Positions 15,170-25,442 of a stretch of DNA of 64,000 bases are shown here, in pieces. The position numbers and the translations under genes are program-made. This DNA comes from an uncultured Phycisphaerales bacterium (GTDB lineage: Bacteria > Planctomycetota > Phycisphaerae > Tepidisphaerales > Tepidisphaeraceae): assembly GCA_963758525.1 (NCBI GenBank), contig CAVWVQ010000003.1, positions 3,008,001 through 3,072,000 of the forward strand, given 5' to 3'. The first letter of the stretch is position 1; the number at the start of each line of letters is the position of its first letter. The notes under the pieces are model-generated. The model made no database searches and was not told the DNA's origin. It saw nothing but the letters and a program-made list of their open reading frames with translations.

Positions 15170-16297
15170 TCAGTACGCAAAGGTCACATGCGCCGAAATT
15201 GCGTCCAGATCGCCGGTCTGGTCGCTGAAGTCGTGACGATATTCGCCGCGCAGCTCCAGCCCGCGGTAGAGCTGCACCGCGGCTCCGCCGCTGACTTCGT
15301 GACGGTGCTGCGCGACGCCGGTGACGATTCCCTGGTTGTCGTCCAGGAAGCTCCACCTCGCGAAGATGCGCCAGCGGTCGGTGATGTCGTAATTCCCCAG
15401 CAACAGCAGCCCGCCCCAACCGAGCGTCCCGCCCGACGGACCGTCCAATGCCAGCAGCGCTTCTCCGTCAATGGTCAACGCTGCCGTGGCAAGCCAGGCA
15501 GCCCTGGCATCGACAAAGTAGAGCGTCCCGCCGCGCTCGGCATTGAATTCGGGGCCGTTCCAATTTTCCAGAATCGACGCGCTATAGACCTCTTCGTCGT
15601 CCGACTCCGGCTCGGAATAGGTACCGCCGTCTGCCTCGCGAGGGTACTCTTCCTTCCGGAAGCCTGGGCCGATCCAGTTGGTCAGCGCCAGGTCAAGTTC
15701 GTGCGTCGGACGATACTCGAGCGTGAGCCCCGCCGAGGGCGGTCCCTCCAGGTTCGAGCTGCCCTCAAAATTGGCCGCGATGAAGGGGCGTGCTGTAATG
15801 TGCGTATTGCCCAGGGGCTGCGTGAGCATCACGCCGAGCAGGTCCTGTGGCTCGGCGCCAAAGAGCAGGCTGGTGCTGCCGCCAAGGCGATCCCATGCAT
15901 TGCGCGCCTCCGCGCCGAAGGACGCGTTAAACTTGCCAACGGTAAGGAGCGTCGCGTATTTCTCGGAGAGGTTGGCGGTAATGAATGCCTGCTGGAGCTG
16001 GCCGCGCGGGGTTCCATTGGAATCGAGGAAATGCACGTCCGCGGTGGCGGCAAGGTGATCGCCAAAGCGCTGCGTGGCACCCAGAGCAAGATCCAGATCC
16101 CAATAGTTGTCTCGATTGTGCGGGATCGCCGGGGTGTAAGAAGTCCATCCCCAGACATTAACATCGAGATTCTGCGCGATGGCCGGGGGAAGCAACTTCT
16201 CAAGGGAAGGGCCCTGATCGTCACCCGCCTCCTGCGCAAAGCAGGGCGCGAAACTGAGGAGGGCGGTCAAGAGGATGACGGCGTGATATCGGCGCAT
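15170..16297 (-). CDS. Outer-membrane beta-barrel porin-like protein
   Basis: Signal peptide, LQQAFITANL, LTVGKFNASFGAE, amphipathic beta strands, C-terminal aromatic residues (FAY). Confidence 0.7.
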   Translation of the reverse strand: MRRYHAVILLTALLSFAPCFAQEAGDDQGPSLEKLLPPAIAQNLDVNVWGWTSYTPAIPHNRDNYWDLDLALGATQRFGDHLAATADVHFLDSNGTPRGQLQQAFITANLSEKYATLLTVGKFNASFGAEARNAWDRLGGSTSLLFGAEPQDLLGVMLTQPLGNTHITARPFIAANFEGSSNLEGPPSAGLTLEYRPTHELDLALTNWIGPGFRKEEYPREADGGTYSEPESDDEEVYSASILENWNGPEFNAERGGTLYFVDARAAWLATAALTIDGEALLALDGPSGGTLGWGGLLLLGNYDITDRWRIFARWSFLDDNQGIVTGVAQHRHEVSGGAAVQLYRGLELRGEYRHDFSDQTGDLDAISAHVTFAY

Positions 16298-16461
16298 TGC
16301 AAGGCGGTTCGTCACGAACGCCTAGCAATTCAATCGGCGGAAAGCAGACATGGAATTACGGATATAAGTTATATCCGTGGTGCGCAGCGTTATGGTCAGT
16401 ATCAATCCGGCATCCGGAGCGGACGGGGATAAAAAGGTGAGTCAGAGCGCTGAGAACGCGA

Positions 16462-16710
16462 TCAGCCGGCGAAGACTTCGTAGCCGATGTTGGCGTGCTG
16501 CTCGCCGCCGGTCGCTTTGGGCTTTGCGGGCTTGTGCACAACCTTCGGCTTTGCGACCTTGTGCGGCTTCACGACGATCTTCTTCAGCGTCACAGGCGTG
16601 GTGGGGATGGTGATCTGAACCAGCGAGGCGCTGAGGAGTTGCCGCGACTCAAGTGTCTCCACGCGGGAGATCACTGAGCCTGAACCAATTTGACGTCGCT
16701 TGAGTCCCAT
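16462..16710 (-). CDS. Small protein with a planctomycete extracellular leader and a Lys/Pro/Val-rich tail
   Basis: VETLESRQLLS motif followed by KKIVVKPHKVAKPKVVHKPAKPK. Confidence 0.65.
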   Translation of the reverse strand: MGLKRRQIGSGSVISRVETLESRQLLSASLVQITIPTTPVTLKKIVVKPHKVAKPKVVHKPAKPKATGGEQHANIGYEVFAG

Positions 16711-16868
16711 GATGTCACTCACTTCCGATCACTGCTGTCGCCCAACGCAAGTGCAGCTTACCCGAACTTTGGCAAGAGGGCGAGGGGAAAATGAGCACAA
16801 CCAGCCGCCTGGACGTTAATTTAGGTTATTTGGACGTGCGGTACACGGCCGGCAGGCAGTTTCTGCGC

Positions 16869-17914
16869 CTATTTGACGCGGGCGGCGGTTTTCAACTTCT
16901 CGATCTCGTCTTGCAATCTTCGAACTTGCGTCCGTAAATCCGGCAATTGGCGGAGAGCCGCCTGCTCGCGGAGGCTCTGCCGATGCGGAATTGCCGGCGT
17001 TCCACTGACGATCATCTTCGGCTCAACGTCCTGGGCAACTGCACTGCATGCCGCCGCCATCGAGCCGTCTCCCATTTGAATGTGATCGCGTACCGCCGCC
17101 TGGCCGCCCAACACAACGCCGGCGCCAAGCTTGCAGGACCCGGCAAGACCCACCTGACCCACGATGATGCAATGCGGCCCAATCTGCACGTTGTGCCCGA
17201 CCTGCACCAGATTGTCGATTTTGCTGCCCCGGCCGATGCGCGTTGCGCCAAACTTGGCTCGATCCACACAGACGCATGACCCGATCTCAACATCGTCTTC
17301 GACGATCACCGCGCCGATGTGCGGAATTTTGACGTGCTGCTTTCCATCCCAGCGGTACCCGAAGCCGTCCATCCCGATCACGCTGCCAGCGTGAATCGTA
17401 ACCCGATTGCCGATGGTCACGCGCTCGCGCACCACCACGCCGTGGAACAATTGGCAATCGTCGCCGATCACAACATCGTCGCTGAGCACGACGTTTGCCT
17501 GCAAGACGCAACGCGACCCCAGACGCGTGCGCGCGCCGATGATCACATGGGGACCAATTGCCGCATCGGCCGGAACGACCGCGGAATTTGCGACGTGAGC
17601 CGTCACATGAATGCCCGGCAAGGGCCGCGGAATCGGAGCGGCAAAGAGCGGCAGCACTTTCGCCAGTGCCAGTTCCACGTCATCGACGACCAGCGCCGGC
17701 CGGCTCCACGTTTCCGGCAGACGCACCTTGCGCCCGCGAGCACCGCGGCCGCCAATGTCGTGTCGAGCTGCGGCAAATAAGCGTCAGACGAGAGCAGCGA
17801 TAAATCGCCGGCCCCGGCGTCGCTCAACGCGGCAACGCCAGTAATCGTCATCTCGCGCGCACCGGCGGGTTCGGGAACGCCCAGAAGTGAGGAGATTTCA
17901 AAAAGTGACGGCAT
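16869..17914 (-). CDS. lpxD: UDP-3-O-acylglucosamine N-acyltransferase; frameshift near 17730
   Basis: N-terminal ITGVAALSDAGAGDLS, hexapeptide repeats, GSKIDNLVQVGHN; follows bamA-skp. Confidence 0.93.
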
Positions 17915-17928
17915 CTTTCCGAAGTCGC

Positions 17929-18567
17929 CTACTTCCCGGCTGCCTTTTCCTTCGCATACTGCGCGTCTAACAGCGTCAGCACTTCGTCGCTGATGTCCGC
18001 CTTCTTCGACGTGAACAATACGTCTTTCTGGTTGATCACCGCGCGAAGCTGATCGAAAGTCATCCCTTCGGTGTTGCTCAGATCCGAGCCTTGATCGGCA
18101 AGCACCACGTCAATGCCGTCCTGCTTGGCAACCTGCGCGACGGCAGACTGGATCTTGTTGAAGAGCAGGATCATCGTGTCCTTCTGATCTCGCTCGGCCT
18201 GCAGACGCACGAGCTTGCCCCACGAATCAAAGTCGGCCATCGCTTTGTCCAATGCGTCTTGTGCCGTCTTGAACTGCGGATTGTCGGGGGCAATTTCGTG
18301 CAGCCCGTCCTCCATGCCCTTGATCTTGGTGCGGCGATCATTCTCCTCGGTGGAAATCTCCTGCCGTTTCGCTTCGAGCTTGGCCTTGAGATCCTTGGTC
18401 TGCTGCATGTCGCTGAAAATCCGGGCAGTGTTCGCAACCGCAACATGCGGGAGTGAGCCCTGGTCAGCATGCGAAACGCCTGGCAAGAGCATGACCAGCA
18501 TCGCGGTCAGGAACGCGGGCGCTCCGCCAAGGGAAATTGCGACTGCGGAGCGAGGGTCAGACTTCAT
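17929..18567 (-). CDS. skp: OmpH/Skp periplasmic chaperone
   Basis: VAVANTARIF, coiled coil, VAKQDGIDVVL, DISDEVL; lies between bamA and lpxD. Confidence 0.85.
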   Translation of the reverse strand: MKSDPRSAVAISLGGAPAFLTAMLVMLLPGVSHADQGSLPHVAVANTARIFSDMQQTKDLKAKLEAKRQEISTEENDRRTKIKGMEDGLHEIAPDNPQFKTAQDALDKAMADFDSWGKLVRLQAERDQKDTMILLFNKIQSAVAQVAKQDGIDVVLADQGSDLSNTEGMTFDQLRAVINQKDVLFTSKKADISDEVLTLLDAQYAKEKAAGK

Positions 18568-18584
18568 GGAAAATCCTTTCACGG

Positions 18585-18709
18585 TCAGGGTTCAGGGGTC
18601 AGGGTGTCAGGGGTCAGGGTGTCAGGGTTCAGGGTTCAGGGTTCAGGAGGGAAGGTCTTCTCTTGCTGAACCCTGAACCCTGAACCCTGACACCCTGAAC
18701 CCTAACCCC
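18585..18709. repeat. Inverted pair of short tandem heptamer arrays (TCAGGGT)n ... (CTGAACC)n
   Basis: About 8-9 units of tcagggt/tcaggggt/tcagggtg facing about 6 units of ctgaacc/ctgacacc across a short spacer. Confidence 0.85.
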
Positions 18710-18724
18710 TCCGTTTCTCACAAG

Positions 18725-21110
18725 CTACTGGAGCAAACCAAAGGAGAAACTCAGGACCTCCGTATTGTCCTGCGAGCTCTTGGTTACGGGGAAGCCAAAG
18801 TCGATTGCCAGCGGAACTTGTCCAAGGAACGGCAAAGTGAGTCGCACGCCGGCTCCGACGCTGCTGCGGATTGTACCGAAGCGGACGCCACTCTCAACGT
18901 CGCCCGCGTCGGAGAAGACCACGCCGCGGAGGTTTTCGCCGTAGATGGGGAAGTTCAGCTCGACGGTGCCCGTCAGCGAGAAGTTGCCGCCGACCGGATC
19001 ATCCCCCAGCCCGCCGCGCGGGCTGACCCCGCGGTAACGAAACCCGCGCAAGCTTCCGATCCCGCCGCCATAGAACCGCTCGTAGAAGACCGAATCGCCG
19101 CTGATGAAGCCCGCGTTGGCATGGAAGCCCAGCACGGTGCGACGATCGATCAGATCTTCGAAAACTGATTTATAAGCGTCGTAGCTGGCCTGATACTTTT
19201 GGAAATGGAGGTCGCCGCCGAGCAGTCCGTAGCCCTCGACGCTCGCCTGTGTGACCGTCCCTTTATAAGGGAGCACGCCGGGATTGGTCGTATCGCGCCG
19301 CAGCTGCGCCGAGACGCTGGTCAGCGGATGGTGGCCTTCCGCCTCGAGAATCTCAAAAGGTCTGAATCTGGCGTCATCGATCCGGCCGATTTTCACTTGC
19401 TCCGCGCAGACTCAGCGAACCCGACCAGATGTAATCGAACCGCTTGCCGAACGAAACGCGGTCGCCGAGCCGTCGGTCGTCGTAATGCTCCCGAATGCGG
19501 TCGTGCAGATAGACCTCGTCGGAGAAGCTGTACGGCTGATCAAACATCCACGGCTCGCTGAAACGCAGCGACGCGTTGGTCTGAATCGTTCCCGGCTCGA
19601 AGCTGGCGCGAAAGTCCTGGCCCGCGCCGGTGAAAGCGTGATCGGAGAAGGTGTCGCGCCAATCGTTGGGAATGTTCGTGATGTCGAAGTTTCGCTGCTC
19701 GTAGGTGATATTGCCGCCCACGCCCCCGTTGCTGTTGATCCCCGCGCCGATGTTGAACGACGCGGTGCGATTCTCCGTCACTTCCACCAGCAGATCGCGC
19801 ACCGCCGGATCTTCGCCGATCGGGGTCATCTTGACGTCGCTGAAGTACGGCAGCGCCTTGACGCGATCCTGCGCGTCCTGCATCTCGCCGGAGTTGTAGA
19901 GGATTCCCGGAGAAAAGGCGTGAAACTCCCGCAGCACCAGCTTGTCCTGGCTCTTGTTGTTTCCCTTCACGTAGATGTTGCCGATCCGGAACGGCTTCCC
20001 CTCGTGCACGACATAGATCAGCTCCACCTTCCCCGGCTCATCGAGATACACCGTCTTAGTGTCGACGCGGAGATAATCCTCATCGCTCGATTGCGGCTCG
20101 TAGATAAAGCCAAACGGGCTGTAGTCTCGCACGATCTTTCGCACGTCGCGATCGAGCACTTCGCTGTCGTACGGGCTGCCGCTGGTGAGCTTTAATCCGC
20201 TGCGCAGCGTCGCTTCGCCGAGGCGGGTGTTCCCCTGGAAGCTCACGCGGGCGACGTCGTACCTGCGGCCTTCGGAAACCACGAAATCCACTTCCAGCTC
20301 CGACTGGTCCGGCGACCAGACGAGCTTCCGTCCGACCTTCACGTCGAAAAAACCCTTGTTCTGATAGAAGCGCCGCAGGGAGGCAATGTCCTCATCCACC
20401 TCCTGCGGGCTATACGTTCCGGGCCGGAAGATGAAAATCCACGAAGACGTTTTGATCTGGTCCTTCAGCTTGTCCTTGTCGAACGAGCGGACTCCCCGGA
20501 AATCGACATTGCGGATACGAACGCTTGGCCCCTCGACGATATTGAAGATCAGCTCGCCATGCGTCAGCGCGTCGTCGGAGACGCTCACTTCGGTGAACGG
20601 ATAATTCTTCTCGCGATAGGTCGATTCGATCGCCTGCTTGGAGAGTGCGATCCGAAAGTTATCGATCGCCTGCCCTTCAATGGTGTCGATCGCGTTTCGG
20701 AGTGTCTGATCGTCGACGTGCTTGTTCCCGTGGAAGCGAATGGCCCGAAGCAGCTTCTGTTCAGTGACAATAAAGACCACAACCACGCCGCCCGTCTTCG
20801 TCGGCTCGACCTTCGCTTCCACGTTGGCAAACTTCTTCAGCTCGAAGACGCGCTGGTAATCTTCCTGCACCGTGGCGGGGTCGAACTTCTCGCCCTCCCG
20901 CGTTCGGATGAGGTTTCGAACGATCGCGTTGGAGACAGTGGTGTTGCCGAGAATCCTGACCTCTTCGACGATCCGTCCCTTGAGATCCGGGGAAATCGCC
21001 GGCGGCGCGGGAAGCGTCTGCGAGAAAGCGAAGGGAGAGAGCGAGAGAAGACAGACAAGGCAGGAGATGCGGGCGAGATACGTCGCTGATCGAGGCTGGG
21101 TTTGTTTCAC
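18725..21110 (-). CDS. bamA: Outer membrane protein assembly factor BamA; frameshift near 19400
   Basis: POTRA repeats (YQNKGFFDVKV), ERFYGGGIGSLRGF motif, barrel C-terminus FSFGLLQ; start codon uncertain. Confidence 0.92.
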
Positions 21111-21415
21111 GCTCGCTCTGGTCCGCAAAGAGTCACGATCAGCACACTTTCGAGGCGTCACGTCTGTCACGCTATAAGCGTCGCGAAGTGTAACGGAGGG
21201 GAAAGCGATGTCAAAAACGCCGGGAGGGCATCTGCTTGCGTTGCTCGTCACATTTCCCCGGCTCGAGACCGTCACAGGATGTGCCATCGCGAGGATCCGC
21301 CGCCTCGCCGTGGAGCTGAAGCTCGCCGAAGTTTACGCCGGCGTCGATTTTCAACTCGCGCCCGACTGATGCGGCAATACGCTATCCGTGTGGCAGCCTA
21401 TCGAATTAGAATGCC

Positions 21416-22730
21416 TTGATGATCCGCAAGGAAATCCTGGCTTTGCGCTGCTTGCACCCCGTCGTTGCTCTCGCGCTAATTGGTATTCTGTGTCCTCTCG
21501 CCCGAGCCGGGGAGGCGACGCTGCAAACGCGCGCCGATGACATCGCAAGTCTCTTCTCGGATAACCCCGGCCAATATGGCCGCGTCTTCGCTCCCAGCTT
21601 TCTGGCCGCGGTTCCGTCCGCGCAACTGACAACAATCTTTCGCCAAACATTTCAACAATGCGGACGATGCAGGGCGGCAAAGCTGCTCCATGCGCCGAAT
21701 TCGGACTCGGGAGAATTTGAGTTCGTATTCGAAAAGGGATTTTTATCGTGCGCTCAACTCGTTATCGATCATGCTGCTCCTCACCTTGCCATCGGGTTCT
21801 TCATCGGTCCGGCTCGGCCTGACGCAAAATCGCTGAATGATGTCATTGCACAGCTCCAGAGCCTGCCCGGCGCCACATCACTCCTGGTGGCAGTGATAAA
21901 ACCCGACGGCCTCCACCCGATTGCCCAGCTCAACGCCGACAAGACGATGGCTGTCGGCTCGACATTCAAGCTGTATGTGCTGGCCGAGCTGATTCACGAA
22001 ATCGACACGCAGCAACGCCACTGGGCCGATGTCATTGACCTCGAACCCTCGGCCCGCTCTCTGCCGAGCGGCTTTTTGAACAAATGGCCCGCAGGCGCGC
22101 CGCTCACGCTTCACACACTGGCAGCGCTGATGATCTCGCAGAGCGACAACACCGCCGCCGACCAATTAATTCATCTGCTGGGTCGCGACAACATCGAGAA
22201 GATGCTTTCCGTCACAGGACACCATCAGCCGCAGCGCACGATCCCGTTCCTCACCACGCTGGAAATGTTCAAACTGAAGGGCGAACCGAGTGGAAAGCTC
22301 GTCGCTGATTATCTCGCCGCCGGCGCCGCGGACCGTTTGAAATTGCTGAATGGCCGCGTCGCGGAGTTTTCCCGCGATGCGATCGAGCTGCCGTCGAAGC
22401 CAAGTCATATCTCCGATGTCGAATGGTTTGCATCCGCCACGGACCTTGGAAATGCGATGCATTGGCTGCTCGATCACACGCAAGACAAACCCACCGCACC
22501 CGCGCGAGATTCTCGCCATCAATCCGGGACTCGCGTTGTCCAGGCAGGATTGGAACTACATCGGCTACAAGGGCGGCTCCGAAACGGGCGTGCTGAACAT
22601 GACCTATCTCCTGCAAACCCGCGACAAACGCTGGCTGACGTTCTCCGCCAGTTGGAATGATCCGCAAAACGCACTCGACGAGCCGAAATTCTTCGGGCTT
22701 GTGCAACGCGCAATCGAACTGGCGCAGTGA
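21416..22730 (+). CDS. Serine hydrolase, class A beta-lactamase-like (Cpe/LpqF-like); frameshift near 22505
   Basis: SxxK (GSTFK) and SDN motifs; KGG (YKGGSETG) lies in the second frame, ORF 22350..22730. Confidence 0.82.
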
Positions 22731-22818
22731 ACTGCGTCGAAAATTGACGCATGAAGCGCTAGGGATATCATACCTTTCCTAAAGGACGCTCTTCACTTTC
22801 GCAAAACGGGATCGGTGC

Positions 22819-23897
22819 ATGCAATCTGGCGGACCTGGAAGTCAAGGCGGCGGCATCTCCGGTACCGGCCAGACGCGCCAGGTCGGAACGCGCGAGCAGT
22901 TCTCCGCTGAAGAACTTGCCATCGTCATGTCTCACTTTGACATCGGCGTGCTCGACTCGATCGTCGATTATCCGCGCGGCTCCCGCAAAGCCCCCAAGCT
23001 CCTGGTTGTCAGCGAGCAGGGCAAGTTCCTTCTCAAGCGCCGCGCCCGCGGCAAAGACGATCCGTACAAGGTCGCCTTCTCCCACGCGCTGCAGCTTTAC
23101 CTGGCGAGCAAGCAGTTTCCCCTGCCACATCTTGTCGGCACCAAGAAGGACAACAATTCGATGCTCCAGTGGCGCAACGCCGTGTACGAGCTCTTCGAAT
23201 ACATCCCCGGCCAGGGATATCCCCAGACGCTCGAAGCCACCTTCGACAGCGGCCGGGTGCTCTCGCTGTATCACAAGCTGCTGCAGGATTTTCAATCTGA
23301 GTGGAAGCCCTCCGGCGGCAGCTACCATCTGGCCGCCGCGGTCGAACAGGGCCTGGCGCTATTCCCAACCAGGTGGGCGATGCCGACGCCGGGCCGCTCC
23401 TCGAATTTCTCCTCGAAAGTTATCGCCACGCCGCCCAGATGGTCGAGAGCCTCGGGCTGGAGCGCTGGCCCAAGCAGATCGTCCACGCCGACTGGCATCC
23501 GGGAAACATGCTCTTCCGCGACAACCATGTGGTCGCCGTCATCGACTACGACTCAGCACGTCTTCTCGCCCGCATCATCGACGTCGCCAACGGCGCGTTG
23601 CAATTCTCCATCATCGGCGGCGATGAAGACGTCTCCAAATGGCCCGACAAGCTGGACGAGGGCCGATTCAAACGCTTCCTCCGCGGCTACGACCAGGTCA
23701 TGCTCCTCTCCGAAGCAGAGCTGCGTTCCATCCCCTGGCTCATGGTCGAAGCCCTGATCGCCGAAGCCGTCTTCCCCATCGCCGCCACCGGAACCTTCGG
23801 CCGCATGGAAGGCTTCGCCTTTCTGGAAATGGTTCAACGCAAGATCCATTGGATGCAAAAGTCCGCCGACAGCCTCGTCGAGCTCGCCGCCGGCTAG
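22819..23897 (+). CDS. Phosphotransferase (APH / type II homoserine kinase-like); frameshift near 23357
   Basis: FLLKRR in the first frame; IVHADWHPGNMLF and VIDYD in the second. Confidence 0.82.
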
Positions 23898-23911
23898 AGG
23901 CGATTTCATAA

Positions 23912-24003
23912 CCCCCCACGCCGAGTCTGAGGTACTGCGAAGGCTCGGATCGAAACGCGCGAAAATCCGAGCCTTCGGAGTACCTCAGACTCGGCGTGGG
24001 GGG
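23912..24003. repeat. Long intergenic palindrome (39-bp arms, one mismatch)
   Basis: ccccccacgccgagtctgaggtactgcgaaggctcggat / atccgagccttcggagtacctcagactcggcgtgggggg. Confidence 0.9.
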
Positions 24004-24079
24004 CGGATTGTCAGTTCGGAGCCGTGCTCTTACCCGCGCGACGCTGCCAATCGCGTTGGTCGCGCGTATGATTACCGCG

Positions 24080-24877
24080 ATGTCTTTGTTTCCCCGGTCT
24101 CCGTGCTTGCCGGCAGTATTGCTGCGCGGATGGTTGTGCGCAGCGATGACCTGCGCCGTCGCGTGCGCCAGTGCCGGCGCTGAACCGGTGACGCAACCCG
24201 CAACCCAGCCCTCTGCCGCGCTCGATGCCATCAAGCGCTCGTTCGAACAGCTCTCCGATGACGACCCCGGCGTTCGCGATGAGGCGTCAACCTGGTTGAT
24301 GCAACTCCGCCGGGACGATCTCCCGGCTTTGCGCAAAATCGTCCAGGACGCATCGCCGCTGACGCCCGCGCAGGTCGAAGCGTTGCCCGACATCGTCAAC
24401 CAGGTCTATCTCTCCGGCGACCACTACGACTCACAATCGGATGCCGGCTTTCTGGGAATCCAGACCCGCGCCGTTGATATCGCGTCCACAAAGGGCGCCG
24501 CCGACGATCGCAACTACAAAGGAATTCTGGTGCTCAACCGCGTCCCGGGATTCTGCGGCGCGCGAGCGCTCCGCAACGGCGACGTTATTATCGGAATCGC
24601 CGACATGCCCGAGCTCGGCTTCATCGATCCCGACAGCTTCCGTGAAAACATCAAGCAGCATCACGCCGGCTCTACCGTCCGCTTCCAAATCCTGCGTCAC
24701 GGCCAAGTCCGCGAAGTCGCGGTCACGCTTGACCCTCGCCCCGTGATCGCCGAGCAAGAGGACCTGCTCCTCGATATGGTGCAGAAACGGCAGCACGCGT
24801 TCGAGAGTTATTGGCAGGCGACTTTTGCACCGCTGCTAAAGGAAGAAATATCCTCCGCGGATGCCGCGACGAGATAG
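24080..24877 (+). CDS. Exported PDZ-domain protein with an N-terminal HEAT-like helix
   Basis: LSDDDPGVRDEA, GFLGI, LRNGDVII, ILRHGQVREVAVTL; start uncertain. Confidence 0.75.
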   Translation: MSLFPRSPCLPAVLLRGWLCAAMTCAVACASAGAEPVTQPATQPSAALDAIKRSFEQLSDDDPGVRDEASTWLMQLRRDDLPALRKIVQDASPLTPAQVEALPDIVNQVYLSGDHYDSQSDAGFLGIQTRAVDIASTKGAADDRNYKGILVLNRVPGFCGARALRNGDVIIGIADMPELGFIDPDSFRENIKQHHAGSTVRFQILRHGQVREVAVTLDPRPVIAEQEDLLLDMVQKRQHAFESYWQATFAPLLKEEISSADAATR

Positions 24878-25178
24878 TGGCTCCGTGCGTCCAACTGCCA
24901 AATCCGCGAATGGCATTCCGAACGCCGGATGCGTTTGCCTCTTTCGTCGCTTGCTGGGACGCGTCCTTTCGAGCGGCAAGAGAGATTGTTGCGAAAAAAA
25001 CGCAGGCGACAAAAAATGTGCGCGGCGCACGAAGCCTTTTTACAGATTGTTGCGCGCGGTAAGCCGCAAACTGAAGAGCCGCGAAGGAGCGAAGAAAAGA
25101 CGCGAAGGAAAGACAAACAAAGAGAATTGCGGGCCGCTTTCTTCGCTTCTGGCCTTGCTGCTTCGCTGCGGCTGGCTA

Positions 25179-25376
25179 TCACGCGTCCGGCGTGCGCCCT
25201 GCGCGCGTCTTCCGGAAGCCGATGAACATTTAAATCAGGCCCCAGGCAATCATGCCGTAGTACAGCGTCCAGATACCACCGTCGGCGGCAGTTGCCGACC
25301 AGTACGTCAGCCCGCTGCAGGTGATCCCGGCCAAGGCGATGGCTGCGCCGAAATACAGATCGAAACGCCCGCTCAC
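25179..25376 (-). pseudogene. Small two-TM membrane protein with an internal TAA at 25230-25232 (or a shorter 48-aa CDS)
   Basis: MSGRFDLYFGAAIALAGITCSGLTYWSATAADGGIWTLYYGMIAWGLI*MFIGFRKTRAG...; the hydrophobic helix continues past the stop. Confidence 0.5.
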
Positions 25377-25442
25377 CTTTGCCGGACCACGTGGCAATAC
25401 AGAGGTGAAGGTTGCGTCTGCTCCCACCGCGCAGCGGTTTAG

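Noticed and set aside
18585..18709. CRISPR array or telomere
   Set aside because: Units are 7-8 bp with no spacers, and the array is internal to a bacterial operon
21416..22730. Bona fide antibiotic-resistance beta-lactamase
   Set aside because: It has SxxK and SDN motifs but a KGG motif and an extra N-terminal domain typical of LpqF/Cpe-like serine hydrolases; activity cannot be inferred
24983..25053. AGATTGTTGCG direct repeat as a target-site duplication or further att site
   Set aside because: Only 11 bp, with no enclosed element and no attC-like stem
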